Below are positions 1 to 10,000 of a DNA stretch of 64,000 bases, piece after piece. Each line of letters starts with the position of its first letter. The stretch's first letter is position 1. The DNA comes from an uncultured Candidatus Saccharibacteria bacterium. Lineage in GTDB: Bacteria; Patescibacteriota; Minisyncoccia; UBA6257; 1-14-0-10-44-23. Where the stretch lies: contig CAZJVT010000001.1 of the NCBI GenBank assembly GCA_964549935.1, positions 219,922 to 283,921 of the forward strand, written 5' to 3'. The notes under the pieces are model-generated. The model saw nothing but the letters and a program-made list of their open reading frames with translations, was not told the DNA's origin and ran no database searches. The position numbers and the translations under genes were made by a program.

Positions 1-353
1 CCCCGCATTGGCGGGGGCTTCGGCGTCTCGGAGAAGACACTCGCGTACGACCGCATGTCGAGTCGCGCTGTCTTCCAGGGAAACGCCGGCCAGAGTCATG
101 GCTGCATCGATTGCGTCGTTACGGTACTCGATCGACTTCCTACCGTTACGCACCGCAAGCTTGTCAGCCATTTCCAAGGCGCTCGTGGCAATCGCCTTGA
201 TGTCGGGTTTTTTCACGGCTCTCTTTCCGTTGGATAAGAAGGTAGAACCTCTTCACCATGCGCTGCCGGACGCCGGTAAGATTCTATTATACCTCTGTTT
301 TTACTATTTGTCAAGGTGCTGGAAATGTGTCTCAACTGTGGTCTAATTGAGTC

Positions 354-1235
354 ATGGCGAAACAGGAGAGACCCTTACTTGGCGCGCATGTGCCCGCGGC
401 TGGAGGGCTTTGGAATGCGATTGATAACGGCGAGGCGATTGGCGCCGAGTGTATTCAGATTTTTGGTGCTAGTCCGCGAACTTATGCGGCGGTGCTACCG
501 AGCGCAGAGGCGGTTGCGAAGTTTAAGTCGCGCTTGAAAGAGAGCTCTATCAAGGCGGTGTATCAGCACGGCGCTTATTTGCCGAACCTTGGTACGGCTG
601 ACCCGGTGGCGATGAAGCGCTCAATCGGCAACCTGGCGATGCATTTGGAGATTGCGAATGCGATCGGAAGCCACGGAGTTATTTTCCATGTTGGCTCACC
701 CAACGGTGGAGATAGGAAAGAAGCCCTCGAGCGCGCAGCAGCGGCAATGAAGGAGGTTTTGAAGCGAGTAGACCAGTCCGGTCTTTCGGCCGGCTCAAGA
801 CAAGCGCAGCTCATCATGGAGAACTCCGGCAGCGTAAAAAAAATCGGCGGTAGCATCGAAGATCTCGCCTGGCTCTTTAAGAAAGTCGATGACTCGCGCG
901 TCAAAGTATGTATCGACACCGCTCATTCGTTTGAGGCGGGGCTGATTGAGTCGTATACACCGGCTCACATTACAGACTTTATTACTAAATGGCATGACGC
1001 TGTTGGCATTAGCAGTATTGTTGCAATTCACGCAAACGATTCGAAAACGCCTTACAACTCTCAAAACGATAAGCACGAAAACATCGGACAAGGGCTTATC
1101 GGCTTAGAGGGCTTTAAAGCGCTGGCGAAAGAAAAACGGCTCGTACACACGAGTTGGTTTTTGGAGGTTCCCGGTTTTGACGGCAATGGTCCGGACAAAA
1201 AGAATATGGATTTACTCAAATCGTGCTTCAGGTAA
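354..1235 (+). CDS. nfo: Endonuclease IV (AP endonuclease family 2, TIM-barrel)
   Basis: 293 aa. Shows the family 2 AP endonuclease pattern, including the His-rich metal-binding stretch IHANDSK, and is full length. Confidence 0.85.
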   Translation: MAKQERPLLGAHVPAAGGLWNAIDNGEAIGAECIQIFGASPRTYAAVLPSAEAVAKFKSRLKESSIKAVYQHGAYLPNLGTADPVAMKRSIGNLAMHLEIANAIGSHGVIFHVGSPNGGDRKEALERAAAAMKEVLKRVDQSGLSAGSRQAQLIMENSGSVKKIGGSIEDLAWLFKKVDDSRVKVCIDTAHSFEAGLIESYTPAHITDFITKWHDAVGISSIVAIHANDSKTPYNSQNDKHENIGQGLIGLEGFKALAKEKRLVHTSWFLEVPGFDGNGPDKKNMDLLKSCFR

Positions 1236-1268
1236 TAAACAAGGAACAAAAAATAATTAACAATAAAG

Positions 1269-2177
1269 ATGAAAAAAAGACTGATGATTCTTTTGATTCT
1301 GCTCGTGGTTTTCGTTGCTCTCGGATTAGTCGTTGGAACATTCCGGCCAAGTGCGCCGCAGGTTGCCTGCACGACGGACGCCAAGCTTTGTCCGGATGGG
1401 AGCGCCGTGGGACGCACCGGCCCGCAGTGTCAATTCGCGAGCTGTCCGGAGGTTTCAGAGAGTAAAAATATCCGTGTTTACCAGCCGGCTCCGGGCGATA
1501 TCGTCGGTCAGCCGCTTACAATTGTCGGCGAAGCCCGAGTTTTTGAAAACGCTTTTAGCTATCGGATTACGGATGCCGCGGGTAATCAGCTCGCTTCAGG
1601 ATTTGATGCCGCGCACGCTTCGGACGTTGGGAAATTTGGTGCCTTCAGTGTTATGGCCCAATATAGCTATCCGGGTAGTGGTGAAGGTTTTGTGGAGGTC
1701 TATACGCATTCCGCGAAGGACGGGGGCATAGTAGATTTAGTAAAAATCCCGGTGAAATTTGAGAAGCAGGAACTTACTGCAGTCAAAGTTTTTTTGGCGA
1801 ACGAAAAAGCAGAGCGACCGAGTACGTCGGATTTAGTTGTCGAGCAGTGTGAAACTGTTTTTCCGGTGTATCGTACAGTTCCTAAAACAGATGTCCCCGC
1901 GAAGGCCGCGATAGCCGAATTATTAAAGGGCCCATCTTCGGCCGAGTTGCAGGCGGGGTATAGCACAACGATTAACAGCGGAGTTTCTCTTCGCTTGCTT
2001 TCTATAAAAGATGGAGTTGCGACCGCTGACTTCAGTAGTGAATTAATGCGTGAAGTTGGCGGTTCTTGTCGTGTCAGCATGATAGTCACGCAGATTAACG
2101 CGACACTGCGCCAGTTTGAAACAGTAACGTCCGTTGAATCGCTTGTTGACGGAAAGCCGCACGCAATCCAACCTTAA
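1269..2177 (+). CDS. Membrane-anchored protein with Gmad2 Ig-like and GerMN-like domains
   Basis: N-terminal TM helix. The middle VYQPAPGD..IVGEARVFENAF resembles Gmad2. The C-terminal AIAELLKGP..GYSTTI..ADFS resembles GerMN. Confidence 0.55.
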   Translation: MKKRLMILLILLVVFVALGLVVGTFRPSAPQVACTTDAKLCPDGSAVGRTGPQCQFASCPEVSESKNIRVYQPAPGDIVGQPLTIVGEARVFENAFSYRITDAAGNQLASGFDAAHASDVGKFGAFSVMAQYSYPGSGEGFVEVYTHSAKDGGIVDLVKIPVKFEKQELTAVKVFLANEKAERPSTSDLVVEQCETVFPVYRTVPKTDVPAKAAIAELLKGPSSAELQAGYSTTINSGVSLRLLSIKDGVATADFSSELMREVGGSCRVSMIVTQINATLRQFETVTSVESLVDGKPHAIQP

Positions 2178-2263
2178 GCTTTAAGATAAGCCTTGAGCAA
2201 TCGTCCTTGATTTCGTGAGGGAGAGTGGTATTCTTTACAAACGTAATTATTAATTAAAACTTT

Positions 2264-3265
2264 ATGAAGAAATTTTTAGTCGTCTTTATCAGTGCGCTCG
2301 CGGTTGCCGCTCCGGCAGTAGCTGCGCAGGTGGGTGAGGGGGGAGGTTTTCCGCCTCCGCCGCAGCAGGTTGAGGTAGAGGGGAAAATGAGGCCTAGTTA
2401 TGACGTTAAGGCAAATGTAAAAGCTCGTGTCGCGCCGGGCGCACCGGTTCAGGGAGTTGCCCCTCTCTTGCGTGAGCTTCAACAGGAAAGAAAAGAGGCG
2501 AATCAGGACTTTAGGGACGGTATAAAGGGCCAGCGACTGGAGCTTAAGGGCGACCTGGAAGAAAACCGCGGTGCACTGAAGCAGGATCGCGAGGATGATC
2601 GCGACAGCTTGCGAGATGCTCTTGAGGCGCTGCGCAATGCGAGTGGTACACCCGAACAGAAGATGGAGCAGGCAAGAGAGCTCCGCGATCAGTTCGAGAA
2701 AGAGCGCGAGGCCGCCCGTGAACAGTTTGAACAGCAGCGCAAGGATTTGATGAAGCAGTTTCAGGCTAGCAGCACCCGCGCTCGGGCCGACTTCAAGCTG
2801 AAGATTGCCGGCATTAAGGACGAAAAGAAAAAGGAGATTGCCGCTCGTATCGGAGTCAATGTGAATGCGCTTAATGCCAGCGGTACCGTTCGTTTTACCG
2901 CGAACATTGATCAGATTGATGGTGTGCTTGTAAAGATTGCTAGCCGTGCGACCGAACTCGCATCGACGGGTGTTGATGTCAGCAAAACAAACACCGCAAT
3001 CGACGCGGCTAAAGTTGCAATCGCCGCCGCTCGAGCTGTCGTACTCGCCCAAAGCACCAAGACCTACACGCTGGTCGCTTCCACGACCGATGCGACAGTA
3101 AAGGCTGACGTTGGAGTTGTGCGTAAGCAGCTCGAAGACGATTTCAAGGTAGTTCGCGAGGCGATCGAAAAAGCCCGTCAGGCGGTCCGCGCAGCGGCGA
3201 TGACGTTGCCTAAGCCAGCAGCGACCTTAAACAGCACGACGACGGCAACCACTACAATCAACTAA
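2264..3265 (+). CDS. Secreted coiled-coil protein (hypothetical)
   Basis: Signal peptide MKKFLVVFISALAVAAPAVAA. A long E/R/K/Q-rich heptad-like segment and a T-rich C-terminus. Confidence 0.5.
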   Translation: MKKFLVVFISALAVAAPAVAAQVGEGGGFPPPPQQVEVEGKMRPSYDVKANVKARVAPGAPVQGVAPLLRELQQERKEANQDFRDGIKGQRLELKGDLEENRGALKQDREDDRDSLRDALEALRNASGTPEQKMEQARELRDQFEKEREAAREQFEQQRKDLMKQFQASSTRARADFKLKIAGIKDEKKKEIAARIGVNVNALNASGTVRFTANIDQIDGVLVKIASRATELASTGVDVSKTNTAIDAAKVAIAAARAVVLAQSTKTYTLVASTTDATVKADVGVVRKQLEDDFKVVREAIEKARQAVRAAAMTLPKPAATLNSTTTATTTIN

Positions 3266-3285
3266 TCAGCATCAACCCATCGTTT

Positions 3286-3498
3286 ATGAATAAGAAAGTA
3301 GTCATCAGTGTCATCGTTGTCATAGTTGTCGGTCTTTTAGTCTGGTTTGTCTCCGGTTCTCGTAAGGATTCCGCCTCGAGTGTTGATACATCAACGACCG
3401 GCGGCGACAATGCTTACACGCAAGAGCTCGACGGACTTAATCAGGCTGACGTACAGGCGGAGTTTAAAGGCATTGATGCCGACCTGCAGCAGCTGTAA
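3286..3498 (+). CDS. Small single-pass membrane protein (hypothetical)
   Basis: 70 aa with an N-terminal TM helix, followed by a strong terminator. Confidence 0.35.
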   Translation: MNKKVVISVIVVIVVGLLVWFVSGSRKDSASSVDTSTTGGDNAYTQELDGLNQADVQAEFKGIDADLQQL

Positions 3499-3512
3499 AG
3501 CATAGGCAAACA

Positions 3513-3546
3513 ATAAAGACCCGCGGCGCGGGTCTTTATTGTTTTA
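3513..3546 (+). terminator. Rho-independent terminator
   Basis: AAAGACCCGCGGCGCGGGTCTTT hairpin followed by ATTGTTTT. Confidence 0.6.
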
Positions 3547-3569
3547 AGATTTCGGGCGATACTTATCAT

Positions 3570-4556
3570 ATGCGTTTTAAGATTGCGATTGCGAGCTTGT
3601 TTTTTCTGATTCCGCTCGCGGTTAGCGCCGGCAGCGGTGTCGGCTTTGTGCAGGGGGCGATTTGGTATTCAAAAGATCCGTTTTTTGCCGGCGAGCCGGT
3701 GCGCGTGTACTCCGCAGTCTTAAATACGACAAGCGAGGACATCGTCGGTTCGGTGGCGTTTTCAGATAACGGGGCGCTGATTGGCAGTGCCGAATTTTCA
3801 GCGGCCGGAGGCAACCGCCTACAGGAGGTTTGGGTTGATTGGCAGCCGACCGAGGGGCAACACAGTGTCAGCGCCAAAATTGTTAAAGCTCTTGTTTCTA
3901 AAGCAGGAAAGCCGGCTGCGTCAGCGGCAATTCTTGGGAGTGAGTCCGGCGCGAGTGAGCGTTTTGTTGATATCGACACCGACCATGATGGCGTCGGTAA
4001 TGTTCAGGATGCTGACGACGACAACGACGGGGTGAGCGACGCGGATGAACACACGCAGGGGACAAATCCGCTCGTTGCCGATGCAAAAAGAGTTACCGGC
4101 GTAGCCGCCGCGTTTAGCGGAAGTAGCGGTACGTTTACGGCGCAAGCGGTTGATGCGAGCAAAAAAGTTGCCGCTGAAGCAAAGGACACTGTCGATACAT
4201 TCGCGCAAAAATTAGACGCCTCACTCGCGGTAACGGAACAAAATCTGGCCAATGAAGTGGCGGCCTTGAAGCAGAAGGAAAGCTCAAGAAAGCAGACGCC
4301 TGAGCTCGAGAAATTAAACGAGGCTGTCGGTGGTGGGCAAAACAGCACCTCGAGTCTTATAACCAAACCGGCAGGAACACTTTCTGACACGGTGATGCGA
4401 TTGCTCAAGCAGCTGCTTTTGTATCTCGTTAAGATTGCCCGTTGGGTGCTGCGTACACCGATCGCGCTTTACGTAGTTGTCGGCCTCGCCGTGCTTTATA
4501 TTGTGCGCTTTGCTTGGCGGATGATGCGTCGTCGCCAGTATCAGCATGCGGCATAG
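3570..4556 (+). CDS. Secreted protein with TSP3-like calcium-binding Asp repeats and a C-terminal TM anchor
   Basis: Signal peptide. DTDHDGVGNVQDADDDNDGVSDADE repeats. Hydrophobic C-terminal helix followed by an RRRQ stop-transfer. Confidence 0.5.
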   Translation: MRFKIAIASLFFLIPLAVSAGSGVGFVQGAIWYSKDPFFAGEPVRVYSAVLNTTSEDIVGSVAFSDNGALIGSAEFSAAGGNRLQEVWVDWQPTEGQHSVSAKIVKALVSKAGKPAASAAILGSESGASERFVDIDTDHDGVGNVQDADDDNDGVSDADEHTQGTNPLVADAKRVTGVAAAFSGSSGTFTAQAVDASKKVAAEAKDTVDTFAQKLDASLAVTEQNLANEVAALKQKESSRKQTPELEKLNEAVGGGQNSTSSLITKPAGTLSDTVMRLLKQLLLYLVKIARWVLRTPIALYVVVGLAVLYIVRFAWRMMRRRQYQHAA

Positions 4557-4589
4557 ACCGTAATCGGAAAATAGATTAGGATTGCCCGC

Positions 4590-5693
4590 ATGGCTGACAA
4601 CGGATTTTGGTCAAAACTCAAGAAGCCGGTTTTTGTACTCGCGCCGATGGCCAATGTTACGGATGCGGCTTTTCGGCGTATCATTTGCAAATACGGCAAG
4701 CCAGATGTCTTTTGGACGGAGTTTGTGTCTGTCGAAGGGTTGCTTTCGCGCGGCAAGGAGAAGTTGCTCCCTGATTTTTGGTTCGATAAAAATCAGCATC
4801 CAATAGTCGCCCAAATTTTTGGCGGCAAACCGGAACAGTTTTATGAAGCGGCCAAACTGATTGTCTCGCTCGGTTTTGACGGCATTGATATTAATATGGG
4901 CTGCCCGCACGATGGGGTAGAGAAGTCCGGTGCTTGTGCGATCTTGATGAAAGATCCGGCACTCGCACAAAAAATTATTTTAGAAACAAAACGTGGCGTG
5001 GCGGATGCAGGCAGCAGTATTCCGGTTTCGGTAAAGACGCGCATCGGGTACAACAAAGATGAGCTGGAAACGTGGTTGCCGGCACTGCTTGAAACAAAGC
5101 CGGCGGTTATCACGCTGCATTTGCGCACACGTAAAGAAATGAGCTCGGTGCCGGCGCATTGGGAGCGGATGGCGCGGGCCGTGGAGATTGCAAGGGGCAG
5201 CGGGGTTTTCATTTTCGGAAATGGCGACGTGAAGGATCTTTCGGAGGCTCGGCAGAAGGTTGCCGAGACCGGTTGCGACGGCGTGATGCTCGGACGAGCG
5301 ATTTTTGGTAACCCGTGGCTGTTTGCGGAGAGAGTGCCGACCACGGGAGAGAAGCTCAATGTCGCGCTTGAACATACGAAACTGTTTGAAGAACTTTTTG
5401 GCGAGGGAACCCTTCGGCGGGACTCAGGGCAAGCGGGGATTGACGGCGGGGGATTTGAATCTCGAAATCCCTCCCTAGGGCGGCCGGGTACGCCCGGGCT
5501 AGCCCCGTCTGCTGACGGTACTCCCTTTTATAAAGGGAGAATTAAGCCTTTTGACGTGATGAAAAAGCACTTTAAGGCGTATGTGAATGGTTTTGATGGC
5601 GCTAAAGAGCTGCGGGCAAAAATGATGGAGGCGCAGAGCCAAGAAGAGATAGCCGTTCTCATCGATGATTTTCTTGCAGCAATCCACGGATAG
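4590..5693 (+). CDS. dus: tRNA-dihydrouridine synthase
   Basis: FVLAPMANVTD, IDINMGCP and VSVKTRIG motifs of the Dus family. Carries a roughly 47-aa Gly/Pro-rich insertion near the C-terminus (see findings). Confidence 0.85.
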   Translation: MADNGFWSKLKKPVFVLAPMANVTDAAFRRIICKYGKPDVFWTEFVSVEGLLSRGKEKLLPDFWFDKNQHPIVAQIFGGKPEQFYEAAKLIVSLGFDGIDINMGCPHDGVEKSGACAILMKDPALAQKIILETKRGVADAGSSIPVSVKTRIGYNKDELETWLPALLETKPAVITLHLRTRKEMSSVPAHWERMARAVEIARGSGVFIFGNGDVKDLSEARQKVAETGCDGVMLGRAIFGNPWLFAERVPTTGEKLNVALEHTKLFEELFGEGTLRRDSGQAGIDGGGFESRNPSLGRPGTPGLAPSADGTPFYKGRIKPFDVMKKHFKAYVNGFDGAKELRAKMMEAQSQEEIAVLIDDFLAAIHG

Positions 5694-5697
5694 TCTA

Positions 5698-5728
5698 TTG
5701 ACAGATTCGCATTTAGTGGTAATATACT
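5698..5728 (+). promoter_or_regulatory. Sigma70-like promoter (TTGACA-N16/17-TAATAT)
   Basis: TTGACA at 5698, then TAATAT/TATACT 16-19 nt downstream, in the intergenic gap after dus. Confidence 0.4.
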
Positions 5729-5732
5729 GGCT

Positions 5733-5771
5733 GCCTCCTCGTCCTCATATGGCGAGGCGGTTTCGTTTTTC
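5733..5771 (+). promoter_or_regulatory. Hairpin plus U-run immediately downstream of the promoter (attenuator-like leader or dus terminator)
   Basis: GCCTCCTCG..CGAGGCGG stem then TTTCGTTTTT. A second hairpin CTCTGCGCGGCAGAG follows. Confidence 0.35.
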
Positions 5772-5828
5772 TCTGCGCGGCAGAGAAGCGGAATGGCTGT
5801 GAGGTAGCTCTTTGGAAGGGAGGGACTC

Positions 5829-6539
5829 TTGGAGAGAGGTAATTTTGGGGACGGAGATAAGAGTTTGCCTCCCGAAGGCAGCTCTTCATCTGCTGTCGCC
5901 ACCGTAGAGCGGCAGAGGAGCCGTCGTGGCGGGCGAGCGGTCCGGGCAGCGAAGGACGATCGTCAGCGGCCGCCGGAGGACACGACGCACTCCGGCTTGA
6001 TGGCGGCGCTCGGCGACGAGACGAGGGCGACCGCTCTCCTCTCGAAGGTCTGCTTCCTCGCTCGCGCGAGGTACGGCATCCTGCCGCAAGACGCCGAGGA
6101 CATCTTCAGTGACTCGGTCGTGACGTACCTGAAGATCCACCAGCGCTACCCACTGAACGAGAATCACTTCGGGATTCTCGTCGGTGTGTTCCACAAGAAG
6201 TCGCTGGAGTTTCTGGACGGGCGTGACCGTAGCGTCCGCGTGGCAAGGAGATTCATCGCTCGTCTGCAGGCCGAGAGGCCCGAACTCGCTCGCGGCGAGG
6301 ATCCGAGCGGGGCTGCCGTCGAGCGTGTCCTTCGCGAGGAGGATGCGACGCTCATTCGGGCGGCGATCGCGTCTCTTCCTGTGGACACGCGCGAGCTTCT
6401 GCTTAAGCTCGCCGAGGGCGGGATGACTCGTCTGGAGATGATCGAGGCGCTCGGCATCAACCGCAACACGTTCGACACGCGACTGCGTGCCGTCCGGTTG
6501 CGACTCAAGGAAGCGCTCGAGAATTCCGGCGTGCTGTAG
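5829..6539 (+). CDS. ECF-type RNA polymerase sigma-70 factor
   Basis: Region 2 (DAEDIFSDSVVTYL) and region 4 (LPVDTRELLLKLAEGGMTRLEMIEALGINRNTFDTRLRAVRLRLK). GC is about 66%. The ORF as listed begins at a TTG; a more typical start is the ATG at 6000. Confidence 0.7.
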   Translation: MERGNFGDGDKSLPPEGSSSSAVATVERQRSRRGGRAVRAAKDDRQRPPEDTTHSGLMAALGDETRATALLSKVCFLARARYGILPQDAEDIFSDSVVTYLKIHQRYPLNENHFGILVGVFHKKSLEFLDGRDRSVRVARRFIARLQAERPELARGEDPSGAAVERVLREEDATLIRAAIASLPVDTRELLLKLAEGGMTRLEMIEALGINRNTFDTRLRAVRLRLKEALENSGVL

Positions 6540-6765
6540 CGCCGGAAAGGATTATATAATTGCCTTCGCGTGTGGGCCTTTCCGAAAGGAGAAACAACAC
6601 GCAGTAGAGATTAGGAGTGCGCCATCACGGCGCAGCACAGGAGGGGCACCGTCATACGGGCCCTTTTTGCTTTTTGTAAACAGTGGGGTTTTTATGAAAA
6701 GAGACAAGCCCGCGCGAGACGATCGCGCGGGCCGTGCGCCCCGAAAGGGGTGTGTCTTGCTGTGG

Positions 6766-7029
6766 CTACCGGCCACTCTCAGCGAGTTCGAGCTCCTTCT
6801 TCTCGATCTCGAGCGCTGCCTTGAGTGCCTTGGGGTCGACCTCGACCCCATAATGGCTCTCCCAGATGATGTGTTGGGCATGTTCGCGCCCGCACACCTG
6901 GCAATACCTCTCTGCATTGAGGTATTTGCTTTGGGTTTCGTTCTTCGGTGTCGCCATGACGATACCGAAGGCCGTCACCATCAGCACGCCGGCAAGTAGC
7001 CCGACCTTCTCGATGGTTCCGAGGTTCAT
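6766..7029 (-). CDS. Small membrane-anchored protein with a CxxC..H motif (hypothetical; possible anti-sigma-like partner)
   Basis: 87 aa. Perfect AGGAGG SD 7 nt upstream. N-terminal TM helix. CQVCGREHAQH motif. High GC, convergent with the ECF sigma gene. Confidence 0.45.
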   Translation of the reverse strand: MNLGTIEKVGLLAGVLMVTAFGIVMATPKNETQSKYLNAERYCQVCGREHAQHIIWESHYGVEVDPKALKAALEIEKKELELAESGR

Positions 7030-7058
7030 AGGGCTGGCCTCCTAACCAGTAAGCGTTT

Positions 7059-7076
7059 TATATCATATATGATATA
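7059..7076. promoter_or_regulatory. 18-bp perfect palindrome TATATCATATATGATATA (operator-like), copy 1
   Basis: Perfect palindrome. The identical 22-mer TATATCATATATGATATATTTT recurs at 17667. Confidence 0.45.
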
Positions 7077-10000
7077 TTTTGTCCATTTTGTTGCAGGGGC
7101 CATGCAGAGTACAATGAGCCCAATGAACTTCGCCCAAGAAATTAAGAAATTGAACCAAAGGCAGCGGCAGGCCGTGGAGGCTATTGAAGGCCCGGTTATG
7201 GTTGTTGCCGGGCCCGGCACCGGCAAGACGCAGATTCTAACGCTGCGGATCGCGAATATTTTAAAAACTGCGCAGGTTGAGCCGGAAAACATTTTAGCGA
7301 TTACCTTTACAGAGTCGGGCGTGGCGGCGATGCGTAAGCGTTTGGCGGAGCTCATTGGCAGCGAGGCGTACGGCGTCGTCATCACGACGTTCCACGCTTT
7401 TTGCAACAACATTATCCGTGAGCACCCGGAGGGTTTCCCGCGGATTATCGGCGCCAAGGCGATGACGGAGGTTGAGCAATTCGAGATATTGGAACAAGTA
7501 ATTACGAAGAGTAAATTAAAAATTTTAAGACCGTTTGGGGAATCGCTTTTTTATATTAAAGATATTGCAAAAGCCGTTGATGAATTAAAACGAGAGAACG
7601 TCTCGCCGGAGGAGTTTGCGAAGATCGCCAAAGCGGGACTCAAAGATGCCGAAAATGATCCGGAGGCGTATCACGAGAAGGGTAAATTTAAGGGGCAGCT
7701 CAAGGGAGAGGCGGCGCGAGAGATTAAGCGTGCGCAAAAGAATGTTGAGCTAGCGCAGGTCTACGATGAGTATCAGGCCGCGCTCACAAAGCAAAAACGG
7801 TATGATTACACGGACATGATCATGGAGGTCGTGCGCGTTTTAGCTGTGGACCGCGATTTACGTTTTGAAATCCAGGAGACGTATCAGTACGTGCTTGTTG
7901 ATGAACACCAGGATACCAACAACGCGCAGAATAAATTATTGGAGCTCATCATGAGTTTCCACAAAGATCCAAACTTGTTTGTCGTGGGCGACGCCAAGCA
8001 GGCGATTTATCGTTTCCAGGGCGCCTCGCTGGAAAACTTTTTGTATTTTAAAAAGCTCTATCCGCGCGCGCAGCTGATTGAGTTAACCGATAACTACCGC
8101 AGCACACAGCACATCTTAGATGCGGCGGCGAGTGTCACTCGAGCGGATCAAATCGAGCTGACTGCTCGGGCGAAGCTGCCGAAGCGGGATATTTTGGTCG
8201 CCGCGCTTTCCGGGGAGCCGGCCGAGCAGTACTTCATCGCTAAGCACATCAGCGAGCGGCTGGCCTCCGGCGTGAGTCCGCACGAAATAGCCTTACTGTA
8301 TCGCAACAACAAAGACGCTTTGGCGATTGCCACAATGCTTGAGCGGCTCAATATCCCGTTTACTATTGAGTCGGCGCAAAATATCTTTGATGATCCCGAA
8401 ATTAAAAAGCTACGGACGCTTTTAACTGCCATCGCGAAGTTTGGCAACCACGAATTCCTGGCAGTGCTTTTGTATGCCGACTTCTTAAAGATTGATCCGC
8501 TCGACGCGCACAGAGTTGTCGCATATGCGACAACTGCAAATCGCAAATCGCAAAGCGCAAAGCGTCAAAACGAGACAATTCGGAGGTTGAGTATTTATGA
8601 CATTATTAAGTCGCCGTTTTTATTGAAGGACGCAGGAGTAGGCAATCCGGAGTCGTTTTTGAAGCTCTACGAAAATCTTTCGCGTTGGCGTAGTGCGGCA
8701 CAGTATCACTCCGCCGCCGAGGTGTTTGAAAACGCCGTTCAGGAGAGCGGATTTTTGGGTAGCATTCTAGCGAAGCAAAACAGCGTGGATATTTTACACA
8801 AGCTGAATGTGTTTTTTGACGAGCTAAAGGACTTAGCCGAGCAGCGGGGCGAGCTGGCGCTACGCGAGTTTGTGGAGTACCTGGATATGCTTGATGAGCA
8901 CGAGCTTCTGATCAAGCGCGTGCCGGCGGCGCATCGACAGATTGGCAGAGTTCGCCTGATGACTGCGCACGCGAGCAAAGGACAGGAGTTTGATTATGTC
9001 TACATTATCGGTGCCGTCGACGGCCATTGGGGTAATAAGCGGAAGATTGAGCGCCTTAAGCTGCCGCGCAAGGTTTACTCCTTGGTCGAGAGGGAGGCGG
9101 GCGAGGAGCTTGACGATGATCGCAATCTTTTTTATGTCGCGCTGACGCGTGCTCGTAAAGAAGTTGTTATTAGTTACGCAAAAGCAGCGGCAAGCGGCAA
9201 GGAGCAGATCGTGAGTGAGTTTGTGAGCGACATTAAATCGGAGCTGCTCGAGCAGATTTCGGTGGAGGCCTACGAACAGGAACTTGTGAGCAAGCCGCAG
9301 CTCGTGTATCAAAAGCCGCAGGCGGGGCAGCACCGCATCAAAGAAAAAGAATTTGTCAGGGAGCTTTTTATGGAGCGCGGGCTTTCGGTTACGCACCTTA
9401 ATAATTATTTAGAGTGTCCGTGGAAGTATTTTTTTACCAACCTCATTCGTATTCCGGAGGCGAAGAACAAGCATATGATGTACGGCAGCGCCGTGCACGA
9501 GGCGCTCGAGACGCTCTTTAATTCATTCGACCCCGTGCGAAGCGACGGCCGACAGGGGCCGGCTTCTAACGGGGCGAGAGCAAACAGCAAGAAGGTTTTG
9601 CTGGATGCTTTTAAGGCTGCGCTTAAAAAGCAGCCGTTTGCGAAGGGCGAGTTTGATGAGGCGCTGGCGAAGGGTGAGAAGGCGCTCTCGGGTTACTTTA
9701 ACCAGTACAGCAAGAGCTGGCGCAACAAAGTTCTGCCGGAGTTTGATGTCCCCGGCGTGCAGTTTGCTAAAGACATCGTCTTAAACGGCAAGATAGACAA
9801 GCTGGAGATTTTGGACAGCCGCAATAATGTGAATGTCGTTGACTACAAAACCGGTAAGGCGCCCGCTCGCCATAGCTACGCACAGGCGTTAGCGGGCGAG
9901 AAGAGCCGCGTCCTCAATGATTCTCAGAGAAAAGCAGCGAACTACCGCCGTCAGCTCGCGTTTTATTCATTGCTGCTCTCGCTTTATAAAAAAGGGAAGT

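Noticed and set aside
5440-5470. tRNA-like T-arm (GGGGGATTTGAATCTCGAAATCCCTCC) in the dus insertion
   Set aside because: The loop and stem do not fit the TΨC consensus. No acceptor or anticodon arms are present, and it lies in frame inside a CDS. More likely a hairpin of an inserted element.
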